This document shows, in pieces, positions 8,762-20,694 of a stretch of DNA of 64,000 nt. Made by a program: the position numbers and the translations under genes. Source of the stretch: an uncultured Actinomycetes bacterium. Lineage in GTDB: Bacteria > Actinomycetota > Thermoleophilia > UBA2241. The stretch spans positions 128,001 through 192,000 of the forward strand of contig CAVPVX010000011.1 in assembly GCA_963709345.1 (NCBI GenBank). The letters run 5' to 3'. A model generated the notes under the pieces. It was not told where the DNA came from, did not search any database, and saw only the letters and a program-made list of their open reading frames with translations. Within the stretch, counting starts at the first letter, position 1. Every line of letters starts with the position of its first letter.

Positions 8762-10756
8762 GTGAGCGCTCCGCGGCGCCCGCGCTCGTCACGCGCCACG
8801 CCGGATCCCGGTGCGCAGGGCCGGCGCCCCCGCGGCGACGCTACGCCCGCCGCGCCCCTCCCGTACCGGGTCGCCCGCTGGGGCAAGTTCTGGTCGCTCG
8901 AGCCACTCTTTGCCGATACCCGCTCCTACCTGGTCGCGAAGGGCGGCGAGCCGCCCCGGCTCAACGAGCTCGTGCTCGCCGTCCCCGTGCACGGCGACCG
9001 GCGACGCATCGTCGAGGTGCTCGGCGGCGAGGACGACCTGCGCGCCGTGCTGCGCGCGCTCCTCTCCGCAAAGGGCGTACGCCAGGGCTTCGCCGCCGAC
9101 GTGCTCGAGGAGGCGGCTGCGGTCGGCGCGCGCGCTTTGCGGCCGGACGCCGGCCGCCGCGATCTCGGCGGCCTGCCCACCTTCACCATCGACCCGGACA
9201 CGGCGCGCGACTTTGACGACGCCATCTCGGTCGCGCGCGAGGGCATGGGGTACCGCGCGCACGTGCACATCGCCGACGTCTCGTACTTCGTCGACGCCGG
9301 CGGCGCCATCGAACGCGAGGCGCGGCGTCGCACGTCCAGCCTCTACCTGCCGCTGTTCGCCGAGCCCATGCTGCCGGCGGCGCTCAGCAGCGACCTCTGT
9401 AGCCTGGTGCCGCGGCAGCCGCGCAAGTGCCTGACGGTCGAGTTCGCCTTCGACGCCGCCGGGCGCCGCACGGCGACGCAGTTCTACCGCTCGCTCATCA
9501 GCAGCGACCACCGCCTGACGTACAGCTTCGCCGACACAGTCCTCGCGCCGGCCGCCGGGCCGACCGGCGGTCCCGCCACGCTCACGGCGCCCGGCTCGGC
9601 GCCGGACCCGCCCCGCGACGTTCCAGACGCGACGACCGCCGCCGACGCGGCGCTGCGCGAGCACCTGCTCCTCGCTGCCGAGCTCGCCGGGACGCTGCGC
9701 CGCCGGCGCCTCGGCCGCGGCGCGCTCACCATCGGCTCGTTCGAGCCCGAGTACGCGTTCGACCACGCCGGCGCTCTCAGCGGGGCCGACGTGCGCCCGG
9801 AGACGCCGTCCCACGCCCTGGTCGAGGAGTTCATGCTGGCGGCCAACGAGGCCGTCGCCGAGTATCTGCTGCGCAAGAAGGCGCACACCCTCTACCGCGT
9901 GCACGAGCCTCCGGAGCCGGCGAGCGTCCGTGAGTTGCTCGACCAACTCGAAGAGCTGGGCGTGCCCACCCCCGCGTTCCCGACCGGGCAGGGTGTGCCC
10001 GCAGCCAAGCTGGCTGAGGCGTTCGGCCGCCTCAGCCGCACGGTCACGGAGACGAGCGCCCGGGAGGGTCGCGGCCGGCTGTCGTGGTCGACGCTCATCC
10101 TGCGCTCGCTCAAGCAGGCCAGGTACGGGCCGGTGAACCTCGGCCACTTCGGTCTCGCCAGCCCTGCGTACCTCCACTTCACGTCGCCGATCCGCCGTTA
10201 CCCGGACCTGGTCACGCACCGCAGCCTGCTGTACCACCTCGGCGAGGGCGGCGGCGAGCTGGGCGAAGCGGAGCTGGCCACGGCGGCCGAGGACTGTTCC
10301 ACCCGGGAGCGCGAGTTCTCGCGGGTGGAGCTCACCGGCGACGACGTCGCGCTCTGCTTCCTCCTCGAGGGGCGTCTTGATCAGGACGGCTGGGAACAGG
10401 CCTTCACCGGCGAGATCGTCGGGCTCGTGGGCGGCGGGCTCTTCATCCGCTTCGGCGACGTCCACGAGGGGTTCCTCTCCTCCCGCCGCCTCGGCGGCGA
10501 GCGCTTCGAGACCAGCGAGCATGAGACCGCGCTGGTCGGCGAGGCGACGGGGACGCGCTACCGGCTCGGTGACGCCATCGAGGTGAAGGTCGAGCGTGTC
10601 GACCGGCTCGCCGGCAAGGTCGACCTGGCGCCGGCGCTGCCTGACGACGGCCGGCCGCGCGTCGTCCCCGGGCGGCGACCGGCGCGGCGCACCTCCGGCG
10701 GCAGGCCGCCGCGGCGCCGCGCGCCCGGCCGCGAGCAGCGCAGATCCGGCCGCTGA
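8762..10756 (+). CDS. rnr: Ribonuclease R/RNB family exoribonuclease
   Basis: Motifs TIDPDTARDFDDA, EEFMLAAN, HFTSPIRRYPDL; C-terminal S1 domain and basic tail. Confidence 0.9.
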   Translation: MSAPRRPRSSRATPDPGAQGRRPRGDATPAAPLPYRVARWGKFWSLEPLFADTRSYLVAKGGEPPRLNELVLAVPVHGDRRRIVEVLGGEDDLRAVLRALLSAKGVRQGFAADVLEEAAAVGARALRPDAGRRDLGGLPTFTIDPDTARDFDDAISVAREGMGYRAHVHIADVSYFVDAGGAIEREARRRTSSLYLPLFAEPMLPAALSSDLCSLVPRQPRKCLTVEFAFDAAGRRTATQFYRSLISSDHRLTYSFADTVLAPAAGPTGGPATLTAPGSAPDPPRDVPDATTAADAALREHLLLAAELAGTLRRRRLGRGALTIGSFEPEYAFDHAGALSGADVRPETPSHALVEEFMLAANEAVAEYLLRKKAHTLYRVHEPPEPASVRELLDQLEELGVPTPAFPTGQGVPAAKLAEAFGRLSRTVTETSAREGRGRLSWSTLILRSLKQARYGPVNLGHFGLASPAYLHFTSPIRRYPDLVTHRSLLYHLGEGGGELGEAELATAAEDCSTREREFSRVELTGDDVALCFLLEGRLDQDGWEQAFTGEIVGLVGGGLFIRFGDVHEGFLSSRRLGGERFETSEHETALVGEATGTRYRLGDAIEVKVERVDRLAGKVDLAPALPDDGRPRVVPGRRPARRTSGGRPPRRRAPGREQRRSGR

Positions 10757-10891
10757 CGCGGCGGGCCGTCCGGCCCACGAGCCCGGTCGTGCGGCCGACG
10801 CGCCCTGGCGTCCGGCCCCCGGGTGTCTCTCCCATGGTGGCGTCCGCCATCTGCGGCCACGCCGCCGCAGCCGATGCGGTACCCTAAGGTC

Positions 10892-11380
10892 ATGGCACGA
10901 GAGACCGGCATCAAGCGCATCGCGGAGAACCGCAAGGCGCGCCACGACTACTTCATCGAGGACACCTACGAGGCCGGCATCGCCCTCGTCGGCACCGAGG
11001 TGAAATCGCTGCGCGAGGGACGCATCAACCTGCGCGACAGCTACGTGGAGGTGCGGGGCAGCAACCACGCGCCGGAGCTGTATCTCGTCGGCGCCCACAT
11101 CAGCCCGTTCGAGCAGGGCAACATCTGGAACCACGAGCCGCTGCGCGTGCGCAAGCTCCTGCTGCATCGTCACGAGATCGAGCGCATCGCCGGGCGCGTG
11201 CACGAGCGCGGGCTCACGGTCGTCCCGACCAAGATCTACTTCAAGGACGGGCGCGTCAAGATCGAGATCGGCCTGGCGCGCGGCAAGAAGCTCTTCGATA
11301 AGCGTCACGACATGGCCGAGAAGGACGCGCGCCGCGACGTCGAGCGTGCCTTGCGCGGCCGCGGGGAAGACAGGCGGTAA
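10892..11380 (+). CDS. smpB: SsrA-binding protein
   Basis: Motifs [37 protein letters not shown]. Confidence 0.97.
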   Translation: MARETGIKRIAENRKARHDYFIEDTYEAGIALVGTEVKSLREGRINLRDSYVEVRGSNHAPELYLVGAHISPFEQGNIWNHEPLRVRKLLLHRHEIERIAGRVHERGLTVVPTKIYFKDGRVKIEIGLARGKKLFDKRHDMAEKDARRDVERALRGRGEDRR

Positions 11381-11427
11381 GGCCGGCGCCGATGGCGTCT
11401 GGCGGGGTGGTTGCGATGGAGGTGTCG

Positions 11428-11706
11428 ATGGACACGCTCGATCAGAAGCAGATCAAGGCGGCGCTCGGGGATCTCGACGGCTGGGACTTCGACGGCGAGG
11501 CGCTGACACGAACGTTCCGCTTCGCCGACTTCGTGCACGCCGTCGGTTTCGTCGAGCACCTCGCCGAGGTGGCCGAGGAGCGGCAGCACCACCCCGATAT
11601 CGACATCCGTTACAACAAGGTGACGCTGCGCCTCGTGAGTCACGACGCCGGCGGTGTCACCCGGCGCGATGTCGAGCTGGCCGAGGCGGTCGAACACCTC
11701 GTCTGA
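11428..11706 (+). CDS. phhB: Pterin-4a-carbinolamine dehydratase
   Basis: Motifs HHPDI and SHDAGGVT. GGAGG RBS. Confidence 0.9.
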   Translation: MDTLDQKQIKAALGDLDGWDFDGEALTRTFRFADFVHAVGFVEHLAEVAEERQHHPDIDIRYNKVTLRLVSHDAGGVTRRDVELAEAVEHLV

Positions 11707-11809
11707 AGGCGGCGCGCGCCTCGGTAGCGCTCCGAGCGCCGCGTCCGCCGACGGTACGGTCTGCGCTCGCTGCGGCCGCTCGCGGCAGCCTACGGCCGCG
11801 CTCCCGCCG

Positions 11810-11818
11810 TGCTACAAT
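11810..11818 (+). promoter_or_regulatory. Extended -10 promoter of tRNA-Arg
   Basis: TGcTACAAT, 10 nt upstream of the tRNA. Confidence 0.6.
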
Positions 11819-11828
11819 CCGCACCCGT

Positions 11829-11905
11829 GCCCTCGTAGCTCAGGGGATTAGAGCGCGCGCCTCCGGAGCGCGAGGTCGAAGGTTCGAATCCTTCCGGGGG
11901 CACCA
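11829..11905 (+). tRNA. tRNA-Arg (anticodon CCG)
   Basis: Cloverleaf: GCCCTCG/CGGGGGC acceptor stem, GCTC/GAGC D-stem, CGCGC-CTCCGGA-GCGCG anticodon arm, GAAGG-TTCGAAT-CCTTC T-arm, encoded CCA. Confidence 0.97.
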
Positions 11906-12197
11906 AACGTTGTCACTACCACAACGTTCCCCCTGCAGACGGCCGACTTCTGGTGTCCCGTCGCCTACCCGGTCGCTGTACCGTCACGCACCCTGGCGCT
12001 CACGCCGCGAAGCAGCGCTGCCGCTCATCAGCAGTAGTCCAACCAACAGGGACGGGACATGGACGAGCATCGCCAGTTGGCGAGCCGGGAGCCGCGCGGT
12101 AGAGTTACCGAGTGGTCAGTGCCAGTGGTCCATGTTCACCTGTCTCACACCAGATTCCGGCGACTGAGGCTGGCTCCAGCGACTATCGGAGGTCCGC

Positions 12198-14550
12198 ATG
12201 GCGATTGTTGAGTACAACCCCGGCGAAGCGTTCCCGGGGGTGATCGGCCGCACCACCGACGAGTCGAGCCCCGCGTGGCCGGCTCCGGTCCGCGCCGAGA
12301 AGGGCACCCCGAACGTGCTGTTCGTCGTCCTCGACGACACCGGCTTCGGGCAGCTGGGCTGCTACGGCGGCCCGATCGAGACGCCCAACTTCGACGCGCT
12401 CGCGGCAGACGGTCTGCGCTACAACAACATGCACACCACCGCCCTGTGCTCGCCGAGCCGTTCCTGTATCGTCACCGGGCGCAACCATCACAGCAACAGC
12501 ATGGCCTGCATCACCGAGCTGGCCTCGGGCTACCCCGGCTACAACGGCGTCATCCCCTTCGAGAACGGCATGCTCTCCGAGATGCTGCTCGGGCACGGCT
12601 ACAACACCTTCATGGTCGGCAAGTGGCATCTCACACCGAGCAACCAGGAGACCGCCGCGGGCCCCTACGACCGCTGGCCGCTTGCGCGCGGCTTCGAGCG
12701 CTTCTACGGCTTCCTCGGCGGCGACACCAGCCAGTGGTATCCCGACCTCGTCTACGATAACCACCAGGTCGAGCCGCCGCGCACTCCCGAGGAGGGCTAC
12801 CACCTCACCGAGGACCTCGTCGACAAGTCGATCGAGTTCATCGCCGACTCCAAACAGATCGACCCCGACAAGCCCTTCTACCTGCACCTCTGCTTCGGCG
12901 CGACGCACGCGCCGCACCACGCCCCCAAGGAGTGGATCGACAAGTACGCCGGCCAGTTCGACGACGGCTGGGACGCCTACCGGGAGAAGGTCTTCGCCAA
13001 GCAGAAGGAGCTCGGCATCGTGCCGGCCGACGCCGAGCTCTCGCGCCACGACCCCGACGTGCCCGACTGGGCCTCGCTGCCCGAGCCGGCGCGCAAGCTC
13101 TTCAGCCGCTTCATGGAGGTGTTCGCCGGCTTCCTCAGCCACACCGATCATCACCTCGGGCGCCTGCTCGACTTCCTGCGCGCCCAGGGCGAGCTCGACA
13201 ACACCATCGTCATGGTGATCTCCGACAACGGCGCCAGCGCCGAGGGCGGACCCTACTGGTACCACCAATGAGGCGCAGTTCTTCAACAACGCCCAGGAGC
13301 CCCTCGAGGAGAGCCTCGCGCTCATCGACGAGATCGGCGGCCCCAGGCGCTTCAACCACTACCCGTGGGGCTGGACCTGGGCCGGCAACACGCCGTTCCG
13401 GCGCTGGAAGCGCGAGACCTACCGCGGCGGCGCCAGCGACCCGTTCATAGTCTCCTGGCCGGCGGGGATCAAGGCCAAGGGCGAGGTGCGCACCCAGTAC
13501 GCTCACATCATCGACATGGTGCCGACGGTGCTCGACCTGCTCGGCGTGCAGCCGCCGGCCCAGATCAGGGGAGTCACCCAGTCGCCCCTCCAGGGTGTCA
13601 GTTTCGCGCACACGCTGGACGAAGGTGCCGCCGCCAGCGCCCATCACACCCAGTACTTCGAGATGCTCGGCCACCGGGCCATCTACCACGACGGCTGGCG
13701 CGCGGTCTGCCCGTGGCCCGGCCCCTCATTCAGCGAGGCGGGCGTGGGCTTCGGCCAGCCGATCTCAGCGGAGAAGCTCTCCGAGCTCGACGCCACGGGC
13801 TGGGAGCTCTACCACATCGACGAGGACTTCGCTGAGAACCACAACGTCGCGGAACAGCATCGTGACAAGCTGATCGCGCTGATCGCGACCTGGTACGTCG
13901 AGGCCGGCAAGTACGAGGTGATGCCCGTGGACGGCAGCGGCCTGGCGCGCATGGTCGCCGAGAAGCCGCTCGTGGCCGTGCCCCGCGAGAGCTACACGTA
14001 CATGCCGAACACCCAGTCGGTGCCCTTCTTCGCGGCGCCGCGGCTGATGAACCGCCCGCACAGCATCACGGCGAGCGTCGAGATCCCGGAGAGCGGCGCC
14101 GAGGGCGTGCTCCTCAGCCAGGGCTGCGCAGCCGGTGGCTACTCGCTCTACGTGAAGGGCGACAAGCTTCACTACGTTCACAACTACGTCGGGCGCAAGA
14201 TCATGGGCGTGACATCTGAGAACCCGCTGCCCGCCGGCAAGCACGAGCTGCGCTTCGAGTTCGAGCCGACGGGAAAGCCGGACATGCCCAACGGAAAGGG
14301 CGCGTCGGGCCGCATGCAGCTCTACGTCGACGGCGCCCTGGTCGCCAACGCCGAGGCCGAGGTCACGACCCCGTTCATGCTCAACCCCGGCGCCCTCACG
14401 TGCGGCGCCAATCTCGGATCTCCGGTCACGCCGGACTACGTGAGCCCGTTCAAGTTCACCGGTACACTGCACGAGGTGACGGTCGACGTCAGCGGCGAGC
14501 TGATCCACGACCCGGAGGCGGAGCTGAAAGCGCACATGGCGCGGCAGTAA
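12198..14550 (+). CDS. Cys-type arylsulfatase, split by one apparent frameshift near 13252
   Basis: CSPSR formylglycine motif, VLDDTG, GKWHL, SDNG. Removing one base restores GPTGTTNE and joins the 12198 and 13486 ORFs. Confidence 0.85.
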
Positions 14551-15028
14551 CGGCGACGTCCCGCCGCGCCTCAGGGCGCGGCGGGACGGCCGCGGCGGCG
14601 GACCCGAGCGTCGCCGTCGCGGCCGTCGCGGCCAACTTGGGCGTGGGGGCAACAGGCACGTCTATGTGGGTCCATTTGCCGCCCCGTGGGCCACAGCACA
14701 TCCAGGAGCCGCTGCTGTTCGAGGCGAAGGTTCGAGAGGTGTTCACCAAGGGGCACCACTACCGCCCGAGTCTGGCGATCGCGGTGTCCTGTGGTCGGCC
14801 GGAGACCGTGTCTATCGGCAGGTCCGTGAACGGGCTGCCGGTGCGGCTGCTCCTTCGACGTCGTGACCGGGCCGCTGCGCGACCTCCTTCCAGGAGAGCC
14901 GATTCGCCGCACGGCCCATGCCGGCGCTCAAGCAGGATGTCGCCCGGGCGCATTGACTATGATGCTCAGCGACAGCAGACTCTGGCACCGACAGCAGTAC
15001 TCAAGCAGGGGCCAGGCCAAGGAGAGCG

Positions 15029-16246
15029 ATGTTGAGTACCTTGATCGACGCGATGGAACACGCCGTTCGGGAAGTCGGGAAGATGCCGGAGAAGGCTGTC
15101 CAGGTCTTCCACCACAACGACTCCGATGGGCTCACGTCGGGCGCCATCCTCACCCGCGCGTTCGAGCGGCAGGGGTACGCGGTCCGGCGCTTCTGTCTGG
15201 AGAAGCCGTACCCGGCAGTTCTGGAAAGGGTCTTCAAGCAGGAGGGCAAGATCCTCGTCTTCGCCGATTTTGCCGGCAGGATAGCCCCGCTGCTGTCCGA
15301 GTTGAACCAAGGCAGGAACCTCACCCTGATCCTTGATCACCATGTCGCTGAGGCCTCGACCGACCCGAGAGTCATGAACCTCGACCCGGACCTGTTCGGG
15401 TTGAAGGGGGATCGGGACATCTCCGGGTCGACGACCTGCTATCTCTTTGCGCGTACGCTGGATCCGGCCAATCGCGACATGGCCCACATCGCCACCATCG
15501 GAGCTGTGGGTGACGGCTTCTTCGTCGACGGCGAGCTGGTGAGCGAGAACCGCGAGGTCGCAGTGGAAGCCGCTCGCCAGGGCCTGGTCGAGATCAGGAA
15601 GCGCGACACCGGAGAGCAGTACCTGCTGAACGGTCCACAAGGGCAAATGGACGTGATCGACGTCGGTGACTACCTCGACGTCCTGGGGGGAGTCGGCTAC
15701 AACCAAGAGGGACCCGGCATGGGGGTCAGGGTCTGCCTTGAAGGCATCTCGCCGGATTCGGACCTGATGGTGGAACAACTGAAGGCCGTCAGGACGAGGA
15801 TCTTCGACCAGGAGATCGCGCGGCTCCGGGCAGGCGCCTTGCGACAGGCGCCACACATCCAGTGGTTTCATGTCGAGTCACGCCTCTTCCCGATGGGGGT
15901 GAAGATGGTCGGGGCATTCTGTGACGCCATCAGGACCACGGACCTCATCGATGCGCACAAGTACCTCGCCGGATTCCAGATCATTCCCGATGAGATCCCG
16001 GGCTTCGGCGCGATCAGGTTCGACCAGGTGAAGATCTCCATGCGGGTCTCCCCCCTGATGGAGGAAGAGATCAGGGCGGGCCGGGCGATGGGGCTCAACA
16101 TACTGCTGCCCGAGGCGACGAGCAGGCTTGGAGGGTTCTCCGATGCCTGTCATAGTCTGACGGCTGCCACTACCGTGGCCATCGGCGAAGAAGAGCACTT
16201 GATCGACGAAATGGAAAGCATCCTGGATGGAGAGTCGCATGGCTGA
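15029..16246 (+). CDS. DHH-family phosphoesterase
   Basis: Motifs HHNDSDG, ADF, ILDHH, GAVGD. Confidence 0.75.
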   Translation: MLSTLIDAMEHAVREVGKMPEKAVQVFHHNDSDGLTSGAILTRAFERQGYAVRRFCLEKPYPAVLERVFKQEGKILVFADFAGRIAPLLSELNQGRNLTLILDHHVAEASTDPRVMNLDPDLFGLKGDRDISGSTTCYLFARTLDPANRDMAHIATIGAVGDGFFVDGELVSENREVAVEAARQGLVEIRKRDTGEQYLLNGPQGQMDVIDVGDYLDVLGGVGYNQEGPGMGVRVCLEGISPDSDLMVEQLKAVRTRIFDQEIARLRAGALRQAPHIQWFHVESRLFPMGVKMVGAFCDAIRTTDLIDAHKYLAGFQIIPDEIPGFGAIRFDQVKISMRVSPLMEEEIRAGRAMGLNILLPEATSRLGGFSDACHSLTAATTVAIGEEEHLIDEMESILDGESHG

Positions 16247-17174
16247 AGGCACCGGGTTCGGAAAATCGATCCTCATCGGCGACCAATTCGTGCTTGACGG
16301 AGTCCCGGCGATCGTCTCGGCGATCCCCTTCGAGACCGTGACGACGGTGGAGCGGATCGACGGCGAGGGATGGGTCCTGCAAGACGACCGCGTCGAGGTC
16401 CCCGGCTACAAGGACAGCAAGCGGGAGCAGCAGGGCGAATCCATCGACAGGATCCTCGACGTCATGGGCATCGACGTCAGGGCGACTCCGATCAAGATCA
16501 CGGTCGGCGGAACGCTGCTGGCCGGGAGCGGGGTGGGCGCGAGCGCCGCCATCTGCGTTTCGCTGGCGCGGGCGCTGAACGCGGAGTTCGGCCTGGGCTA
16601 CTCGATCGAGGAGATCAACCGGGTAGCCTGGCAGGGTGAGTTTCCCTATCACGGGGTTGCCAGCGGAGTCGACAATACCGCCTCGACCTACGGCGGGCTT
16701 CTCCTCTTCTGGCTGGAAGATGGGCAGCAGCATTTCGAGAGGATCATGATCCCACGGTCCTTTGAGATAGTCCTGGCCAACAGCGGCGTCACGGTAAATA
16801 CGGCGGCCTTGGACGAGTTCATCGATGAGCAGAAGTCGGGCGATCCGGAGCTGTTCGCGGCGCGTCTCGACGCCATCAGGACCCAGGTCGTCGACATGAA
16901 GAAGGCGCTTGAAGCCGGCGATCTGGAGAGCGTGGGCAGGATCATGTCCGAGAATCACGAGCTCCTGACCGCCATGGGGATGTCCCACGAGACTCTCGAC
17001 CACATGTGCCGAACGGCTCTGGAGAAGGGTGCTCTGGGGGCAAAGGTCACGGGCGGCGGCAGAGGCGGCTACATGGTCTCGTTGACTCCCGGAACAGAGC
17101 TTCAGGATGCGGTCGCATCGGCTTTCGAGGCGGACGGACACAAGGTCATCCGGACGATGATCGGTGGCAGTTGA
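16239..17174 (+). CDS. Mevalonate kinase-like GHMP kinase
   Basis: Motifs GKSILIGDQF, GSGVGASAA, SGVDNTASTYGG, AKVTGGGRGG. Confidence 0.75.
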   Translation: MAEGTGFGKSILIGDQFVLDGVPAIVSAIPFETVTTVERIDGEGWVLQDDRVEVPGYKDSKREQQGESIDRILDVMGIDVRATPIKITVGGTLLAGSGVGASAAICVSLARALNAEFGLGYSIEEINRVAWQGEFPYHGVASGVDNTASTYGGLLLFWLEDGQQHFERIMIPRSFEIVLANSGVTVNTAALDEFIDEQKSGDPELFAARLDAIRTQVVDMKKALEAGDLESVGRIMSENHELLTAMGMSHETLDHMCRTALEKGALGAKVTGGGRGGYMVSLTPGTELQDAVASAFEADGHKVIRTMIGGS

Positions 17175-18010
17175 CCGCGCCTGCGTCGAGCGGCCTGCCC
17201 ACCCCACAACGCCTCTTCGCCGGCTACATCTTCGACCTGGACGGGACGGTCTACCTGGGGGAGGCCCTGCTTCCCACGGCGGGTGAGACGCTGAGGGTGC
17301 TGCGCGCTCGCGGTCTGCGCACGATCTTCGTCTCCAACAACCCTACGCATGCGCGCGAGGACTACGCCGAGAAGCTCACTCGCTTGGGCGTGCCGACCTC
17401 CGTCGAGGACGTCTTGACGTCGTCGCTCGTGCTGGTGGACTTCCTCGGTCGGCGCATGCCCGGCGCCCGCCTGTTCGTCGTCGGCGAGGAGCCGCTGTGC
17501 GCGGAGCTGCGCCGTGCCGGGTTCGAGCTGACCGAGCAGGCGTCCAACGTCGATGCGGTGATCGCCAGCTTCGACCGCACCTTCGTCTACGGCAAGCTGC
17601 AGACCGCCTTCGACGCCATCCGGGCCGGAGCGCGCTTCTTCGCCACCAACGCCGACCCCTTCTGCCCGGTCCCCGGCGGCGGTGAGCCTGACTGCGCTGC
17701 CGTCATCGCCGCGATCGAGGCCTGCACCGGAGCGCAGGTCGAAGCGGTGGTCGGCAAGCCGTCCAGCTACATGATCGAGGCCGCGCTGGACCTGATGAGC
17801 CTCCCGGCGGCGGAGTGTCTGATGACGGGCGACCGGCTGGAGACCGACATACTCATGGGCCGGGAAGCAGGCATGTCCACCGCGTTGCCGCTGACGGGTG
17901 CGACTCCCGAATCGGCCTTGGAGGGCTCGTCCATCCGGCCCACCTACGTCCTGCGCCGTCTGAGTGACCTTCTCCCCTCCTCCGCGAATCCACCTTGCAC
18001 CGGCGCATGA
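17171..18010 (+). CDS. HAD-IIA (NagD-like) phosphatase
   Basis: Motifs FDLDGT, SNN, GKPS, GDRLETDI. The TTG start overlaps the kinase stop codon. Confidence 0.85.
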   Translation: MTAPASSGLPTPQRLFAGYIFDLDGTVYLGEALLPTAGETLRVLRARGLRTIFVSNNPTHAREDYAEKLTRLGVPTSVEDVLTSSLVLVDFLGRRMPGARLFVVGEEPLCAELRRAGFELTEQASNVDAVIASFDRTFVYGKLQTAFDAIRAGARFFATNADPFCPVPGGGEPDCAAVIAAIEACTGAQVEAVVGKPSSYMIEAALDLMSLPAAECLMTGDRLETDILMGREAGMSTALPLTGATPESALEGSSIRPTYVLRRLSDLLPSSANPPCTGA

Positions 18011-18028
18011 TGCCGAGAAGGCGGCGTC

Positions 18029-20360
18029 TCAGGTCCAGCGCTTGATGGCCGCATCCGACAAACGGTCGGCGGCCTCGTTGAGGCGCAGGCCCACGACGTC
18101 GAGCCGCCGTAGCAACTCCCGGGACTTGACGACCTCCATGGTGGGCTCGCCGCGGAACAGTCGCCCGAGCTCGACCTCGTAGAGGCGACGGATCTCGTTC
18201 ACCGATTTCTTCGTCGCCAGGGCGGCCGTCATGTCTTTCGGGTCCTGGGCGATCGCCTGGATCGCCAGCTGTAGGTCTTCGATCCCACGGGCGGTGGCAT
18301 CGAGGAGACCGGAGAACCTGCTGGCCGCCGCGACGTCGTACGCGTCCCAGGCGCGCATGAAGTCACGCAGGTTGTCCAGCACGTCATTGATTGAACGCGA
18401 CAGGCGGAAGAGGTCCTCGCGATCGATCGGAGCGACCAGGACCCCCGTGAGCCGGGTGACCAGTTCCGAGCGCATGGCGTCGCCACGATGCTCGATCTCG
18501 GCGATCCGCACGAGGGCGTCGGCAGAGGTGACTCGTCCTTCAGCCACCGAGCGCGCCAACCGGCACGCAGCTGCGGCTTCCGTGAGTTGGGCCTCGAGCG
18601 CGGCGATGACGGCGAGCCGGCTGTGCAGGCAGTCCTTCACCGCGCTGTCCACGGTCAGGTAGAAGTGGTCCTCGCCGAGCAGGTCGAGCAACCCGCTGCG
18701 CTTGAACACGTCGAGCACGGAGGAGCCCACGCGGGCGAAGACGAGATCGCGTCCGCTCTCGCGCAGGTCGTGCACCAGCCGGATGAGCGACTCGGCCGCG
18801 GTGAGGTCCATGTCGGTCGTCGACTCAAGGTTCCAGATCACGACGCGTGGTGGGGGCTCGGTGACGCTCAGGAGCTGGTTCAGGCGGTCGACGGCGAAGC
18901 CCGAGTTGGCGAAGAAGAGCTGCCCGTCCAGGCGGAAGAGGAGCAGGCCGGGGAGGGTCTCGTTCTCGGGATGTCGCGCCAGGTCGCTGTACGTGCGCTC
19001 GTTGGGCACCTGGCCGAGCGCGGCCGCATGCGGCCGGCTCGCGCGGTAGATGAGGATGGCGAGCGAGAGACCGACGGCGATACCCAGGCCCGGCAGCACG
19101 CCCAGCAGCAGCACGCCGAGGAGCGCGGCGAGCGCCGGCGCGACGTCGGTGGCACCGACACTTGCGAACCGGCGCAGCGCCTTCAGGTCGATGAGGCCCC
19201 AAACGGCGCGCACCACGATGGCCCCGAGGATCGCCTCGGGGAGGTCGTGCCCCACTCGTGTGACCAGGAGCAGCACCACGACCATGACGGCGGCGCCGAT
19301 GAGCCCGGCAAGCTGCGACTTGGCGCCGCTCGAGTCGCTGAGCGCCGAGCCCGACAGCCCTCCGCTGACCACGATTCCTCCGAGGACGCCGGAGCCGACG
19401 TTGGCCAGACCGAGGGCGACCATCTCCTGGTTGGCGTCGATCTCGTACCTGTGCCGGATGGCGAAGGTGCGTGCGCCGCTCAGCGCCTCGGCGTAGACCA
19501 CGAAGGCGATGCCGACGGCGCTTGGGAGCAGCCCGGGTATCTCGGCGAGCCGGAAGTCCGGCAGGCCAAGCGACGGGAGACCGCCCGGAATGGAGCCGAC
19601 CATCGCGACGCCGTGCTCACCCAGGTGCAGAGCGGAGGCGGTGGCGATGCCGAGCACGAGGACGGTCAGCGCTCCCGGGATCCTTGGCCAGCGCCGCAGC
19701 GAGAACAGCAGGAGGAGCGCGACGGTGCTCAGGAGGGCGGCCGCGGCGCTCGTTTCGCCGAGATGGGCGATGTCCTGCCAGACGATCCGCACGAAGTTGG
19801 ATGACGACGGCACATGCAGCCCGAGCAGTTTGGGCACCTGGCCGGCGATGATCGTCAAGGCCAGGCCGGTGACGTAGCCGCTGACCACCGGACGCGCGAG
19901 GAACTCCGAGATGAAGCCCAGCCGGCCGATGCCGGCGGTCGAGACTGACAAGCCCCACGAGGATGGCGACCATGGCGACCAGCGTGGCGACCTGCGCAGG
20001 GCCGGTGCCGCCGTGGGCTGCCACGACCGCCGCCGTCATGATGGCGGCGGTCGACGTGGGCGAGCAGGCGATCTGACGGGAGGTCCCGAAGAGCCCGTAG
20101 ACGACCAGGCCGGCCAAGGTCGCGTACAGGCCGGCCTGAGGCGGTGCGCCGGCGATCTGCGCATACGCCATGCTCTCGGGCACGAGCAGGCCGATCACCG
20201 TCAGGGCGGCGATGGTGTCGAATCTCAGCCATCGCCGCTGGTAGGCGCCGGCCCACGCGGTGATCGGCAGCCAGTGATGCAGGCGCGCATGCGGCGCGAC
20301 GCGCGAGGCACCGTTCGCCTGGGAGTTGTGCGCAGGTTTTTCGGAGCGTGCGATGCTCAC
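18029..20360 (-). CDS. SulP/SLC26 anion transporter with STAS domain and fused C-terminal DUF47/PhoU-like domain; frameshift near 19945
   Basis: VPESMAYAQIAG...GLY N-terminus (19617-20360 ORF), NQEMVALG, STAS motif LFFAN, then a tail with IEHRGD...PIDREDLFRLSRS. Confidence 0.8.
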
Positions 20361-20694
20361 TGGCCGTGATCCCGATCGATCGTTCAGTTCTCATGATAGT
20401 ACGAGAGCCACGACTCGCGTGGGTGACGGCGCCCGCCGCTGAGCCCAGGTATCGTATCGAGTGCGCTCTCGAGCGGTCGAGAGGGGCATCGGGGAGCGTG
20501 CCCTCGACGGGTCTCTCGGGAGCGCGAAACGACAGTCGCCTTGGTTCGGGATGATATTCTTTCTGGCAGACGGCGGTGACGCCACTTCGCGACATCGTCA
20601 GTGCTTGCAGGAAGGCGCGTCGGTCACGTCAGCGGCCCGTCACCGTGCCCCTCTCGGGGGCGCGGGCTGCGGCTTGCGGCGGCAGGGGGTCGGC

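Noticed and set aside
8789-11308. Long antisense ORFs (839 aa here; also 50469-52589, 35956-37977 and others)
   Set aside because: Shadow frames of real genes, expected at about 70% GC; no recognisable motifs.
11381-12197. tmRNA (ssrA) after smpB
   Set aside because: The space holds phhB and tRNA-Arg; no tmRNA ends or tag frame were recognised.
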